The notes under the pieces are model-generated. The model searched no databases. It was not told where the DNA came from and was given only the letters and a program-made list of their open reading frames with translations. This document shows, one piece after another, positions 56,825 through 64,000 of a DNA stretch of 64,000 nucleotides (its first letter is position 1; the number at the start of each line of letters is the position of its first letter). A program made the position numbers and the translations under genes. Source of the stretch: Patescibacteria group bacterium (GTDB lineage Bacteria; Patescibacteriota; Patescibacteriia; UBA9934); the NCBI GenBank assembly GCA_041659765.1, contig JBAZXR010000001.1:467338-531337 (forward strand), given 5' to 3'.

Positions 56825-58015
56825 ATGCGTAAAACAACCCGCCAAATCCTCTTTTTCTTCTTTGCTGGGGCTTTCTTAGTATCTGCACCGCTCGTGGTGC
56901 TCTACACCGCTGGCTACCGGTTAAGTTTGAACAACTACCGCGTGCTGGAAACGGGCGCGATTGCCACCAGCACCAGTCCACGGGGAGCAACTGTGTTGGT
57001 TGACGCCAAAAAAGAATCGGCCAAAACCCCAGCCGTGATTCAGAATATTTTACCGCATGACACGCGCGTCAGGTTTGAACGCGCCGGCTATATTCCCTGG
57101 GAACAAACCGTACCGGTCAGCGCCGGCCGAACCACCTACGTTTCGGCGGTGCTCTTTGCAGACACTGAGCCAGAAAAGTTTATGGCGTTTGGCACAGGCT
57201 CGGTCTTTGCCCATTCAACCAACGGCCGATATCTCTTGATCCTAAATCCAGACATGGATGGCACAAACGTGACCCTCTACGATAATTTGACTCGTTTTGC
57301 CAAAACGCTGTCCAAGTTGCCACACGCCACGACTCCTTACAGCGCAGCCTACGGGGAAAGCGAAAATCTTTTTGTCGTCTCAGCCGGTGGTACGCCGGTC
57401 ATCGGCTTCACCGTTAACGGCGAACGAGTGGACGGCAACGCGATTCCCCGGACCGGTACAAATGCTCCGGTCACGCTTGTGGACAACGGGGAGAATGTAG
57501 AAGTCCGCCCGGCTCGGAGTAATACGCAAACTGTCCTAGCGCTTCTACCGAAGGGGGCGTACTCGACCGTTGCCTTTGATGATGAATTTGTGGTTTTGAA
57601 AGATGAGCGTCGGGTCCTAACTGTTGTTTCGCTGGCTGGAAATAATGCCATCTCTCTAGACTCCCCCGCCGTCACGCTCAGCTGGTTGCCTGATTTTCAT
57701 CTCCTAGCCTGGTCTGATGGCGTTGAAGTCAACAGCTATGACGCCACCACCGGTGAGCGGACATTCTTCACCCGCCAAAGCGATCTCATCACCTCGCTTG
57801 CTTGGCATCCAAGCGGTTCGGCAGTCCTAGTCGGCACCTCGACGCACATCACAGCCATAGACAAAGAGGCCTTCAATAACCGTGTTTCAACCTTACTCTT
57901 GGACTCAAAATCTGCTCTCCTTGATATGTGGCTCGATAAAGCCGGCAAAAACCTCTACATCATTAGGAATAGAGATGGATTCCCTACTCTTGAACGAAGA
58001 AGGCTGGTGCAGTAA
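56825..58015 (+). CDS. Membrane-anchored PEGA-domain protein with C-terminal beta-rich domain
   Basis: TM ILFFFFAGAFLVSAPLVVLY; PEGA-like GATVLVDAKKESAKTPAVIQNILPHDTRVRFERAGYIPWEQTVPV. Confidence 0.5.
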   Translation: MRKTTRQILFFFFAGAFLVSAPLVVLYTAGYRLSLNNYRVLETGAIATSTSPRGATVLVDAKKESAKTPAVIQNILPHDTRVRFERAGYIPWEQTVPVSAGRTTYVSAVLFADTEPEKFMAFGTGSVFAHSTNGRYLLILNPDMDGTNVTLYDNLTRFAKTLSKLPHATTPYSAAYGESENLFVVSAGGTPVIGFTVNGERVDGNAIPRTGTNAPVTLVDNGENVEVRPARSNTQTVLALLPKGAYSTVAFDDEFVVLKDERRVLTVVSLAGNNAISLDSPAVTLSWLPDFHLLAWSDGVEVNSYDATTGERTFFTRQSDLITSLAWHPSGSAVLVGTSTHITAIDKEAFNNRVSTLLLDSKSALLDMWLDKAGKNLYIIRNRDGFPTLERRRLVQ

Positions 58016-58032
58016 GGTGGGAGGAGAAGTTT

Positions 58033-58872
58033 ATGACCGATGTAACAGTGGTATTTGTAAACTATAAAATGAAGGATGATATCCTCCGCGCGGCCGCGGC
58101 GGTCCTTTCTGACCTGGATGATTCTTCACTATCGGCTGAAGTGGTGGTGGTCGATAACTCACAAAACGCGGACGGCATCCGTGAGGCACTCGCCCAAGCG
58201 CTCCCTCGCGTGCGGTACGTAGATGCCGGCGGGAATGTGGGTTTTGGCAAAGGAAACACTATTGGCTTCAAGGCATTCCCAGCGCGCTATTATTTTGCGC
58301 TGAACCGAGACACGGATATTGCCAAAGGGACAAAGACCATGGAGCGCCTCATCGCCTTCATGGACGCCAACCCGCTCGTGGGCATCTGCGGACCCAAACT
58401 GGTCTACCCGGACGGCCGTCTGCAGTATTCCTGCTACCGGTTTGATCTCCCGTCGCTGTTTATCAAACCGTTCAAGCAGGCCCGGCTCGATGGAAAATTG
58501 CCGCTTGCCAAGAGACTCGTCGACCGCCTGCAGATGACGGATTTCGACCATGAATCCACCAGACCCGTCGATTGGGTTCTCGGCGCGGCGCTACTTGTGA
58601 GGGGCGAGGCTATCCAAGAGGTGGGCTGGTTTGACGAGCGCTATTTCATGTACTTGGAAGATTGCGACTGGTGCCGAACCATGTGGGAAAAAGGGTGGAA
58701 AGTCTATTACGTCCATGACGTAGAGATCACCCATGTACACGAACGACAGAGCGCCAGAGTTCCTGGTATTCTGTCCGCGATTCTAAAAAACAAACTCGCG
58801 CGAGTCCACGGCGCCAGCTGGCTCCGCTATCTTTCAAAGTGGGCGTTCAAACACCGCAACTATGCCGAATAA
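58033..58872 (+). CDS. Family 2 glycosyltransferase
   Basis: VVFVNYKMKDDILRAAA...VVVDNSQ (GT-A DxD context), DCDWC. Confidence 0.7.
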   Translation: MTDVTVVFVNYKMKDDILRAAAAVLSDLDDSSLSAEVVVVDNSQNADGIREALAQALPRVRYVDAGGNVGFGKGNTIGFKAFPARYYFALNRDTDIAKGTKTMERLIAFMDANPLVGICGPKLVYPDGRLQYSCYRFDLPSLFIKPFKQARLDGKLPLAKRLVDRLQMTDFDHESTRPVDWVLGAALLVRGEAIQEVGWFDERYFMYLEDCDWCRTMWEKGWKVYYVHDVEITHVHERQSARVPGILSAILKNKLARVHGASWLRYLSKWAFKHRNYAE

Positions 58873-59956
58873 AAAAGTAGCTGTTATTTATCTGTCGTTT
58901 CATTCGGAGCCGTACTTCCCGGATGTTGTCGACGCGCTCAAAAAACTGAACTACCCGAAAGAGCTGATGGAATTTGTTATCGTCGACAACCCGCATCCTG
59001 TTCATGGCCTATCAAAAGCATACGTCGAGGAGCACATCCTCCCCATCTCTGGAACGGAGATTCCTCACGTCACCTATCTCCCCCAGCCGGAAAACGGCGG
59101 CTTCGGTATTGGCAACAACGCCGGCGTCACGTGGGCGCTTGAACATGAGTGTGACTACGTCTTCTTCCACAATAATGACGCCGCCCTGGGTGAGGATTGC
59201 ATCTTAAAACTCGTCGAAGCAATGGAGGCAGATTCGACTATTGGTATTGCGCAGTCGATGGTCCTGCTCTTCAACAACAAGGAGCTTGTAAACACGTCGG
59301 GCAATGCTTTTCACTATCTCGGCTTTGGCTATTGCAACGACTACATGAAGAAGCTGGCCGATCTTCATCTGCCGGCTGTATATGACGTTCCCTACGCCAG
59401 CGGTGCAGCACTCATGGTCAGCGCAAGTGTCCTTCGAAAATTTGGTGCGTGGGATGAAGACTTTTTCATGTATCACGAAGACCTGGAGTGGTCCCTGCGT
59501 CTCAGAATCAACAAACTCCGCGCAGTCTGCGTTCGCGATTCCCTCTTCTATCACAAGTACGAATTCTCGAAATCGATTACGAAGTTCTTCTGGATGGAAC
59601 GCAACCGTTACGCCGTGCTCCTCATGTTCTTCAAGTGGCCGACGTTGCTTCTTATTCTTCCGATCCTTGGTCCCCTCGAACTCGGCCTTTGGGTCTTTGC
59701 GCTTAAAGGCGGTTGGGTAAGCGAGCGCGTCAAAGTCCTCAAATACTGGATCAAGCCGTCGAACTGGAAACTGTGGTTGTCAAAACGAAAAAAGACGCAG
59801 GCTATGCGTCAGATTTCCGATAAAGCAATTCTCGAAACCTGCGTCGGCTCCATTCTCTTCCAGGAATCTTCGATGGAGTCCCCGATCGTCACCAAGTTCG
59901 CAAACCCGATTATGGAGTTGTATTTCAAAATCGTGAAAGCAATTGTCCGATGGTAG
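58862..59956 (+). CDS. Family 2 glycosyltransferase (with C-terminal membrane helices)
   Basis: VAVIYLSFHSEPYFPDVVDALKKL...FVIVDNPH, FFHNNDA (DxD-like); overlaps upstream GT by 11 nt (operon). Confidence 0.65.
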   Translation: MPNKKVAVIYLSFHSEPYFPDVVDALKKLNYPKELMEFVIVDNPHPVHGLSKAYVEEHILPISGTEIPHVTYLPQPENGGFGIGNNAGVTWALEHECDYVFFHNNDAALGEDCILKLVEAMEADSTIGIAQSMVLLFNNKELVNTSGNAFHYLGFGYCNDYMKKLADLHLPAVYDVPYASGAALMVSASVLRKFGAWDEDFFMYHEDLEWSLRLRINKLRAVCVRDSLFYHKYEFSKSITKFFWMERNRYAVLLMFFKWPTLLLILPILGPLELGLWVFALKGGWVSERVKVLKYWIKPSNWKLWLSKRKKTQAMRQISDKAILETCVGSILFQESSMESPIVTKFANPIMELYFKIVKAIVRW

Positions 59957-60006
59957 TCCCCTTTTAAAAGAATTGGGGAATTGGTACCCTCTCCCCGGAG
60001 GTTTCC

Positions 60007-60438
60007 ATGTATCCCATTGTGCGTTGTGACAATTCTCCGCATACCGTGCGCAGGTATCTACCGGAAGTGAACAGGCTGTGTGCTCGCATTAGTCCGAACC
60101 ATGAAGAAGTCACGTTTAGTGCGCTCATGGAAAGCGCGCTCAAGAGCTGTCTTCTTTTCTGCTGGGATCAAGATTCAAGCCTGGCGGGCATGGGCATGCT
60201 GAGCGCCGTGCCGAGCTTCCATCCGTACGGCATCATCGACTACGTGGTCGTCGACGAACGTCACGAGGGCAAAGGCGTTGGGAAAATGATCATGCACGCG
60301 CTCATCAACGACGCGCGAGCGCTCAAGCTCCATCACATCGATCTCACGAGCAAGCCCTCTCGGGAACGGGCGAACAAGCTCTACCCTAAGCTCGGGTTCG
60401 AACTCCGTGAAACGAACGTCTACCGGCTCAAACTCTGA
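60007..60438 (+). CDS. GNAT-family N-acetyltransferase (GC3-rich)
   Basis: VVDERHEGKGVGKMIMHALINDAR (acetyl-CoA binding Q/RxxGxG/A motif); GGAGGtttccATG. Confidence 0.7.
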   Translation: MYPIVRCDNSPHTVRRYLPEVNRLCARISPNHEEVTFSALMESALKSCLLFCWDQDSSLAGMGMLSAVPSFHPYGIIDYVVVDERHEGKGVGKMIMHALINDARALKLHHIDLTSKPSRERANKLYPKLGFELRETNVYRLKL

Positions 60439-60452
60439 GCTCAAACAAAAAT

Positions 60453-60494
60453 GCCCGCCAGTCCGGAACACGGACGGCGGGCTATTATTTTTAT
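60453..60494. terminator. Intrinsic terminator gcccgcc-agtccggaacacggac-ggcgggc + tattatttttat
   Basis: 7-bp GC stem with nested gtccg..cggac; between convergent GNAT and nucleotidyltransferase genes. Confidence 0.6.
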
Positions 60495-61570
60495 AATTCT
60501 ACTCGTGCATGGTCTCCAACGACCAACTTGTGACCATGTGGCAATGATTCTTCAACTCGTGTCACAACTGCGTTCTTGCCGATGAGGCTATCGACGATAC
60601 GCTTGCCGCAGCGAATAGCAGCGCCGTCAAAGACGATGGAGTGCTCTATTTCTGTACCGTCAACGGTAACGGAGTTGCCAATAGCGGTGTAGGGACCAAT
60701 GTACGCGTCGTTAATAATGCAACCTTCGCCGATGACAACAGGACCGCGGATCAAAACCTTGGGGCCGATTTTTGTGCCGGCGCCAACGCTGACCTTGCCC
60801 TGGATAACTGCACCGTCCATGACCTCACCCTGCATAACGGTTTTTTCAATGGGCAGTTCGTTCAAGAAAAGTGCGTTGCCCTCAAGCAAGTCTTCTGGAT
60901 TACCCGTATCTTTCCACCAGCCAGTAATTTCTTCGTGGCCAACGTTGTAGTTGTTCTGCAGAAGCCAGGTGTGAATATCAGAAATTTCATACTCGCCTCT
61001 AGCAGATGGCTGAATGTGCTTAAACGCCTCAAAAAAACTCTTGTCGTAGACGTAAATACCCGTCACCGCGTACTGGCTCTTGGGGTTTGCAGGCTTCTCC
61101 TCTACGCTCGTAATTTTTCCAGCTTCGTTAAAAACAGGCACGCCAAAACGGTTTGGGTTCTTCACGCGGGAGAGAGCGAGCAAGCAGTTCAACTTTTCAG
61201 TTTCAAACTTATCGACAAAACGCTTCAAGCTACCGAGCACAATGTTGTCGCCTAGGAAAAAGATAAAAGGCTCATCTCCCAAAAATGCCTGTTGCGCGTT
61301 CACGGCGTGCGCAATACCAAGCGGCCCGCCTGGCTGTTCAAGATAAGAAAGTTTTGCCCCAAATTTGCTGCCGTCGCCAAAAGCTGCGGCAATTTCCGTG
61401 TCTCCTGCGTTGACGTTGATTCCAATCTCCGTAATCCCCGCGTCAACGAGTTTTTCAATGGCATACCCAAGCATCGGCTTATTCGCCAATGGGATAAGGT
61501 GCTTATTCAAAGTCCACGTAATCGGTCGCAACCGTGTGGCACGTCCCCCAGCTGTCAAAAGTGCTTTCAT
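60491..61570 (-). CDS. Sugar-1-phosphate nucleotidyltransferase with C-terminal left-handed beta-helix (RmlA/GlmU-like long form)
   Basis: LTAGGRATRLRPITWTLNKHLIPL signature; hexapeptide repeats in the C-terminal ~120 aa. Confidence 0.75.
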   Translation of the reverse strand: MKALLTAGGRATRLRPITWTLNKHLIPLANKPMLGYAIEKLVDAGITEIGINVNAGDTEIAAAFGDGSKFGAKLSYLEQPGGPLGIAHAVNAQQAFLGDEPFIFFLGDNIVLGSLKRFVDKFETEKLNCLLALSRVKNPNRFGVPVFNEAGKITSVEEKPANPKSQYAVTGIYVYDKSFFEAFKHIQPSARGEYEISDIHTWLLQNNYNVGHEEITGWWKDTGNPEDLLEGNALFLNELPIEKTVMQGEVMDGAVIQGKVSVGAGTKIGPKVLIRGPVVIGEGCIINDAYIGPYTAIGNSVTVDGTEIEHSIVFDGAAIRCGKRIVDSLIGKNAVVTRVEESLPHGHKLVVGDHARVEL

Positions 61571-61585
61571 AGCACAGGGAACATT

Positions 61586-61626
61586 AGCAAAGAAAAGCGC
61601 CCGGCGTCAACGAAGACGACGGGCGT
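61586..61626 (-). terminator. Intrinsic terminator after IMPase-family gene
   Basis: Minus strand cgcccgtcgtc-ttcgtt-gacgccgggcg followed by cttttctttgc. Confidence 0.5.
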
Positions 61627-61640
61627 TCGAGACTAAGGGC

Positions 61641-62507
61641 CTACCTGTTCAATCGTTCGAGCAGCTGCTCGGCGATCCGCATGTTGGCGGCCAAGATGCA
61701 GGGAGTCTGCGTCTTGAAGTCGTACGTGCGCGTGCCGAGGTCCTTCCCGTCCCAGTCCACCGCCACGCCGCCCGAACCTTTTACGAGCGCGTACCCGGCG
61801 CCCAGCTCATGCTGTTTCTGGCGATCGCAGACGAACGCCACAGCCTGACCGCTCGCCACGGAAGCCATTTCGTAGGCTGCGGAGCCAGGCGAACGAAGCC
61901 AGCCTTTCTCCCCTGCAAACGCACGGAAGAGCTTCTCCCGATTCTCCGGGTAGTACATCTCGCCGATGACGTTCATGCGCCCGAGATCGAGCGTGCCGAC
62001 GTCCATAGTCGATCCGAACGCGTGGTACGACTTGCCGCTACGAAGTCGAGTCGAGTATCGAGACTCTTTAGAGCGCCAAGTGGCGGTCCAGCTATCACGC
62101 AACGTACCACGCAAGTCGAGCACGGCGACGTCAGTGATGTCCGCAAAGGTAGCTCCCGCCTTCTTGTTCAACACTGTCACGACGGCGGTGACGGGGAATC
62201 CCGTCATGCCACCGGCGTGCAGATAGTTCAAGGATCCGTCGAGCGGATCCACCGTAACCCACGTGTGCGAAGGATCATCCGTGTCCTTGTCCGGCAATCC
62301 CTCCACGCTGATGCACGCTCCGGGAAAAACTTTCCGGAACTGCTCGGCCAGATACTGACCGATGACCTTGTCTGCAGTGAGCTCGGTGTCATTCTGCAGA
62401 TCACCGAATGCCCCGCCTGCTCGGGAAATGTCTTTTCCTGTTTTCAATTCGCGCAAACGCTTCTTCGCCAACAGAAGTGTCTGTAGCAATACCGCTGATG
62501 ATTTCAT
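61641..62507 (-). CDS. Inositol monophosphatase family protein (IMPase/CysQ-like), GC-rich
   Basis: WVTVDPLDGSLNY and later WDGKDLG / GAGYALV motifs of the FIG/IMPase superfamily. Confidence 0.7.
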   Translation of the reverse strand: MKSSAVLLQTLLLAKKRLRELKTGKDISRAGGAFGDLQNDTELTADKVIGQYLAEQFRKVFPGACISVEGLPDKDTDDPSHTWVTVDPLDGSLNYLHAGGMTGFPVTAVVTVLNKKAGATFADITDVAVLDLRGTLRDSWTATWRSKESRYSTRLRSGKSYHAFGSTMDVGTLDLGRMNVIGEMYYPENREKLFRAFAGEKGWLRSPGSAAYEMASVASGQAVAFVCDRQKQHELGAGYALVKGSGGVAVDWDGKDLGTRTYDFKTQTPCILAANMRIAEQLLERLNR

Positions 62508-62539
62508 GAAACCTCCGCCGGGAATGTGCCATATTTCTC

Positions 62540-62579
62540 TACAAATGAAAAGCGCCCGACGAATCGTATCGTCAGGCGC
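62540..62579 (-). terminator. Intrinsic terminator after NUDIX gene 62604..63302
   Basis: Minus strand gcgcctgacga-tacgat-tcgtcgggcgc followed by ttttcattt. Confidence 0.55.
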
Positions 62580-62603
62580 CTGAAGTTGTGTAGCGTGCCG
62601 CGG

Positions 62604-63302
62604 CTAGCTCTTCAGCATGCCCCAGAGCCGGCCGACGCCAGCGACGGTGAACATGTCGCCGAGCATGATGGCCTCGAGCGCCGGGATGAAATGGCAGCCC
62701 GTGATCTGCTCGGCCGCACGGTTCTCCTTGTCCACGGTGACGGCGGACTTCCGGAACTTCACCAGACCGTTCTTGGTGACGAGAAGGCCGGGCGACACTT
62801 CTACCGTAGAGAACTTCACGCCCTCATCGACCTGGACGGTTTCGAAGAAAGCGCTATTCGGGTTTGTGGGCTTGCCCGGGAGGAGCCGAAGGCTTCCCAC
62901 GAACTTGCCGACTTCTTCCGCGAGCTCACGCTCGGCACCGACCCAGTGGGGCTCTCCGGGCTTCAGGAACCCACGCGGGACGTTCAACACCTTCCCGCCC
63001 TGGTTCGGCCTGTCCTGCTCCACCACGCCGATCAGCAAGTTGCCGTCAACCGTTGCGTACGGAACGATGACTGCTCCGCCGCCGCCGTTCTCGTGGAACG
63101 CCCACGAGTCGAAGTTCCCGCCCGGGTTCTTCCCGTACGCGAGCGTACCGTATTTCGGATTCGTCAGCTCCATGTAGGCGAGCTGGCTCAAATCCGCTTC
63201 GGTTCCGTCCCGGAGATGGCCCTTGGCTTTCCAACCCACATTCACCCCGTCCACAATCGGACGAATCAACGTGGGAAACTCATTCGTATCAGGATCACTC
63301 AT
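62604..63302 (-). CDS. NUDIX hydrolase (ADP-ribose pyrophosphatase-like), GC-rich
   Basis: Nudix box GFLKPGEPHWVGAERELAEEVG. Confidence 0.75.
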   Translation of the reverse strand: MSDPDTNEFPTLIRPIVDGVNVGWKAKGHLRDGTEADLSQLAYMELTNPKYGTLAYGKNPGGNFDSWAFHENGGGGAVIVPYATVDGNLLIGVVEQDRPNQGGKVLNVPRGFLKPGEPHWVGAERELAEEVGKFVGSLRLLPGKPTNPNSAFFETVQVDEGVKFSTVEVSPGLLVTKNGLVKFRKSAVTVDKENRAAEQITGCHFIPALEAIMLGDMFTVAGVGRLWGMLKS

Positions 63303-63367
63303 CGTACCTCCTTAGTCCGCAAGGGACCCCGTAACCTACATGACGCAAAAAAATTGTGCAAGAAAGC

Positions 63368-64000
63368 CTATAAAAGGGCTCCTTTTACGCGTGCGGCGTA
63401 TTTCTCCATGGTATCGCGTAACGCAATTGAAATCGGGCGCATCGAAATACCAAACTCGCCGAGGCGTTCAGAGGCGAGGAAGTTATTTGAGCGTAGTTTG
63501 GTCGCTAAGCCCTGGGCGACCAGGTCTTCGGCGGTGATCCACTCATTGGTATGTGCGGGATTTACAAGCTCGACGTACAGCGCCATGAGCTCGCGATGCT
63601 TCATAGTGCCGGGGTTTGTCACGTGAAAAATACCGGGAGCTTTTTTCTCCATGAGCTGATAAAAAACGGCAAGCATATCGTCAATCACCGTGACGGAGTT
63701 TTCGACGTCAATGATCTTTGGATATTTGGAAAGCTTGTCGATGAGATTTCTCGAGCCCGGAATATGATCAATCGGCATGCGCACACGGCCGATGCCGACG
63801 TTTGGCAAAGTCGACAACATCAAGTCTGCGGCCAACTTTGACCGTGAGTACACAGGCTCTGGATTTCCATGGTCATTTTCTCGCCAGGCTTTGTCCGGGT
63901 GCGGAGAATCGCCGTAGTAAATACAACCAGAACCCATGTGCAAAAGATACACCCTTGCTTCTTGGCACGCGTCAGCAATCAGCATCGGCAAAATAGCGTT
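63368..64000 (-). CDS. NAD-dependent epimerase/dehydratase (RmlD-like dTDP-4-dehydrorhamnose reductase family), C-terminal part; gene continues past window end
   Basis: YSRSK (SDR catalytic YxxxK), HMGSGCIYY; N-terminal Rossmann beyond 64000. Confidence 0.55.
   Translation of the reverse strand, partial: NAILPMLIADACQEARVYLLHMGSGCIYYGDSPHPDKAWRENDHGNPEPVYSRSKLAADLMLSTLPNVGIGRVRMPIDHIPGSRNLIDKLSKYPKIIDVENSVTVIDDMLAVFYQLMEKKAPGIFHVTNPGTMKHRELMALYVELVNPAHTNEWITAEDLVAQGLATKLRSNNFLASERLGEFGISMRPISIALRDTMEKYAARVKGALL

Noticed and set aside
61365-62486. 373-aa plus-strand ORF antisense to the IMPase-family gene; similar antisense ORFs inside the surface protein (5421..5942), cca (21895..22662), P-type ATPase (44377..44847), NUDIX 62604 (62617..63177, 62526..63626)
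   Set aside because: Shadow ORFs in GC-rich DNA: Ala/Arg/Ser-rich low-complexity products, no SD. The opposite frames carry strong family motifs.
1-64000. Mobile elements, rRNA, prophage, toxin-antitoxin or known defence systems
   Set aside because: No transposase/integrase/recombinase, RT, Cas, restriction-modification or phage structural signatures seen in any frame. No rRNA-like conserved stretches.

Overview
Compact 64-kb bacterial window, about 90% coding, mostly minus-strand housekeeping genes of a small-genome organism (CPR/Patescibacteria-like gene content is an inference, not proven). Main content: uvrA, uvrB, uvrC and a UvrD-family helicase; a fragmented dcw cluster (mraZ-rsmH-ftsL at 24.7-26.3 kb, murE-like/murD at 40-43 kb, murG-ftsW-mraY at 48.7-52 kb, ftsEX, FtsB-like); a minimal type IV pilus locus (pilin divergent from pilB-pilC and four minor pilins); four tRNAs (Gln-TTG, Gly-CCC, Thr-CGT, Lys-TTT); rpmA, rplI, pyrG, cca, gpmI, mltG, ugd, malic enzyme, LOG, NMNAT, three NUDIX hydrolases; a P-type ATPase; a VKOR-like oxidoreductase; and a cell-envelope glycan locus (PEGA protein, two GT2, GNAT, sugar-1-P nucleotidyltransferases, IMPase, RmlD-like). 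No rRNA, CRISPR, transposase, integrase or phage genes were seen. Hunt results: (i) a set of GC3-rich small genes that carry their own sigma70-like promoters, GGAGGT Shine-Dalgarno sites and GC-rich intrinsic terminators, inserted antisense into the lower-GC backbone; two of them (46.2 and 47.5 kb) share near-identical leader and terminator modules around unrelated ORFs. (ii) A tandem pair of signal-anchored protein genes (19.9-21.6 kb) with near-identical 5' promoter/mini-ORF leader and 3' stem-loop but non-homologous bodies, one carrying a (TTC)6 tract in its 5'UTR; this looks like a variable surface-protein cassette system. (iii) Candidate MraZ operator repeats, a structured ~210-nt leader RNA, a duplicated VKOR 3' fragment, and several unusual palindromes. 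Manually derived coordinates are approximate to +/-2 nt.
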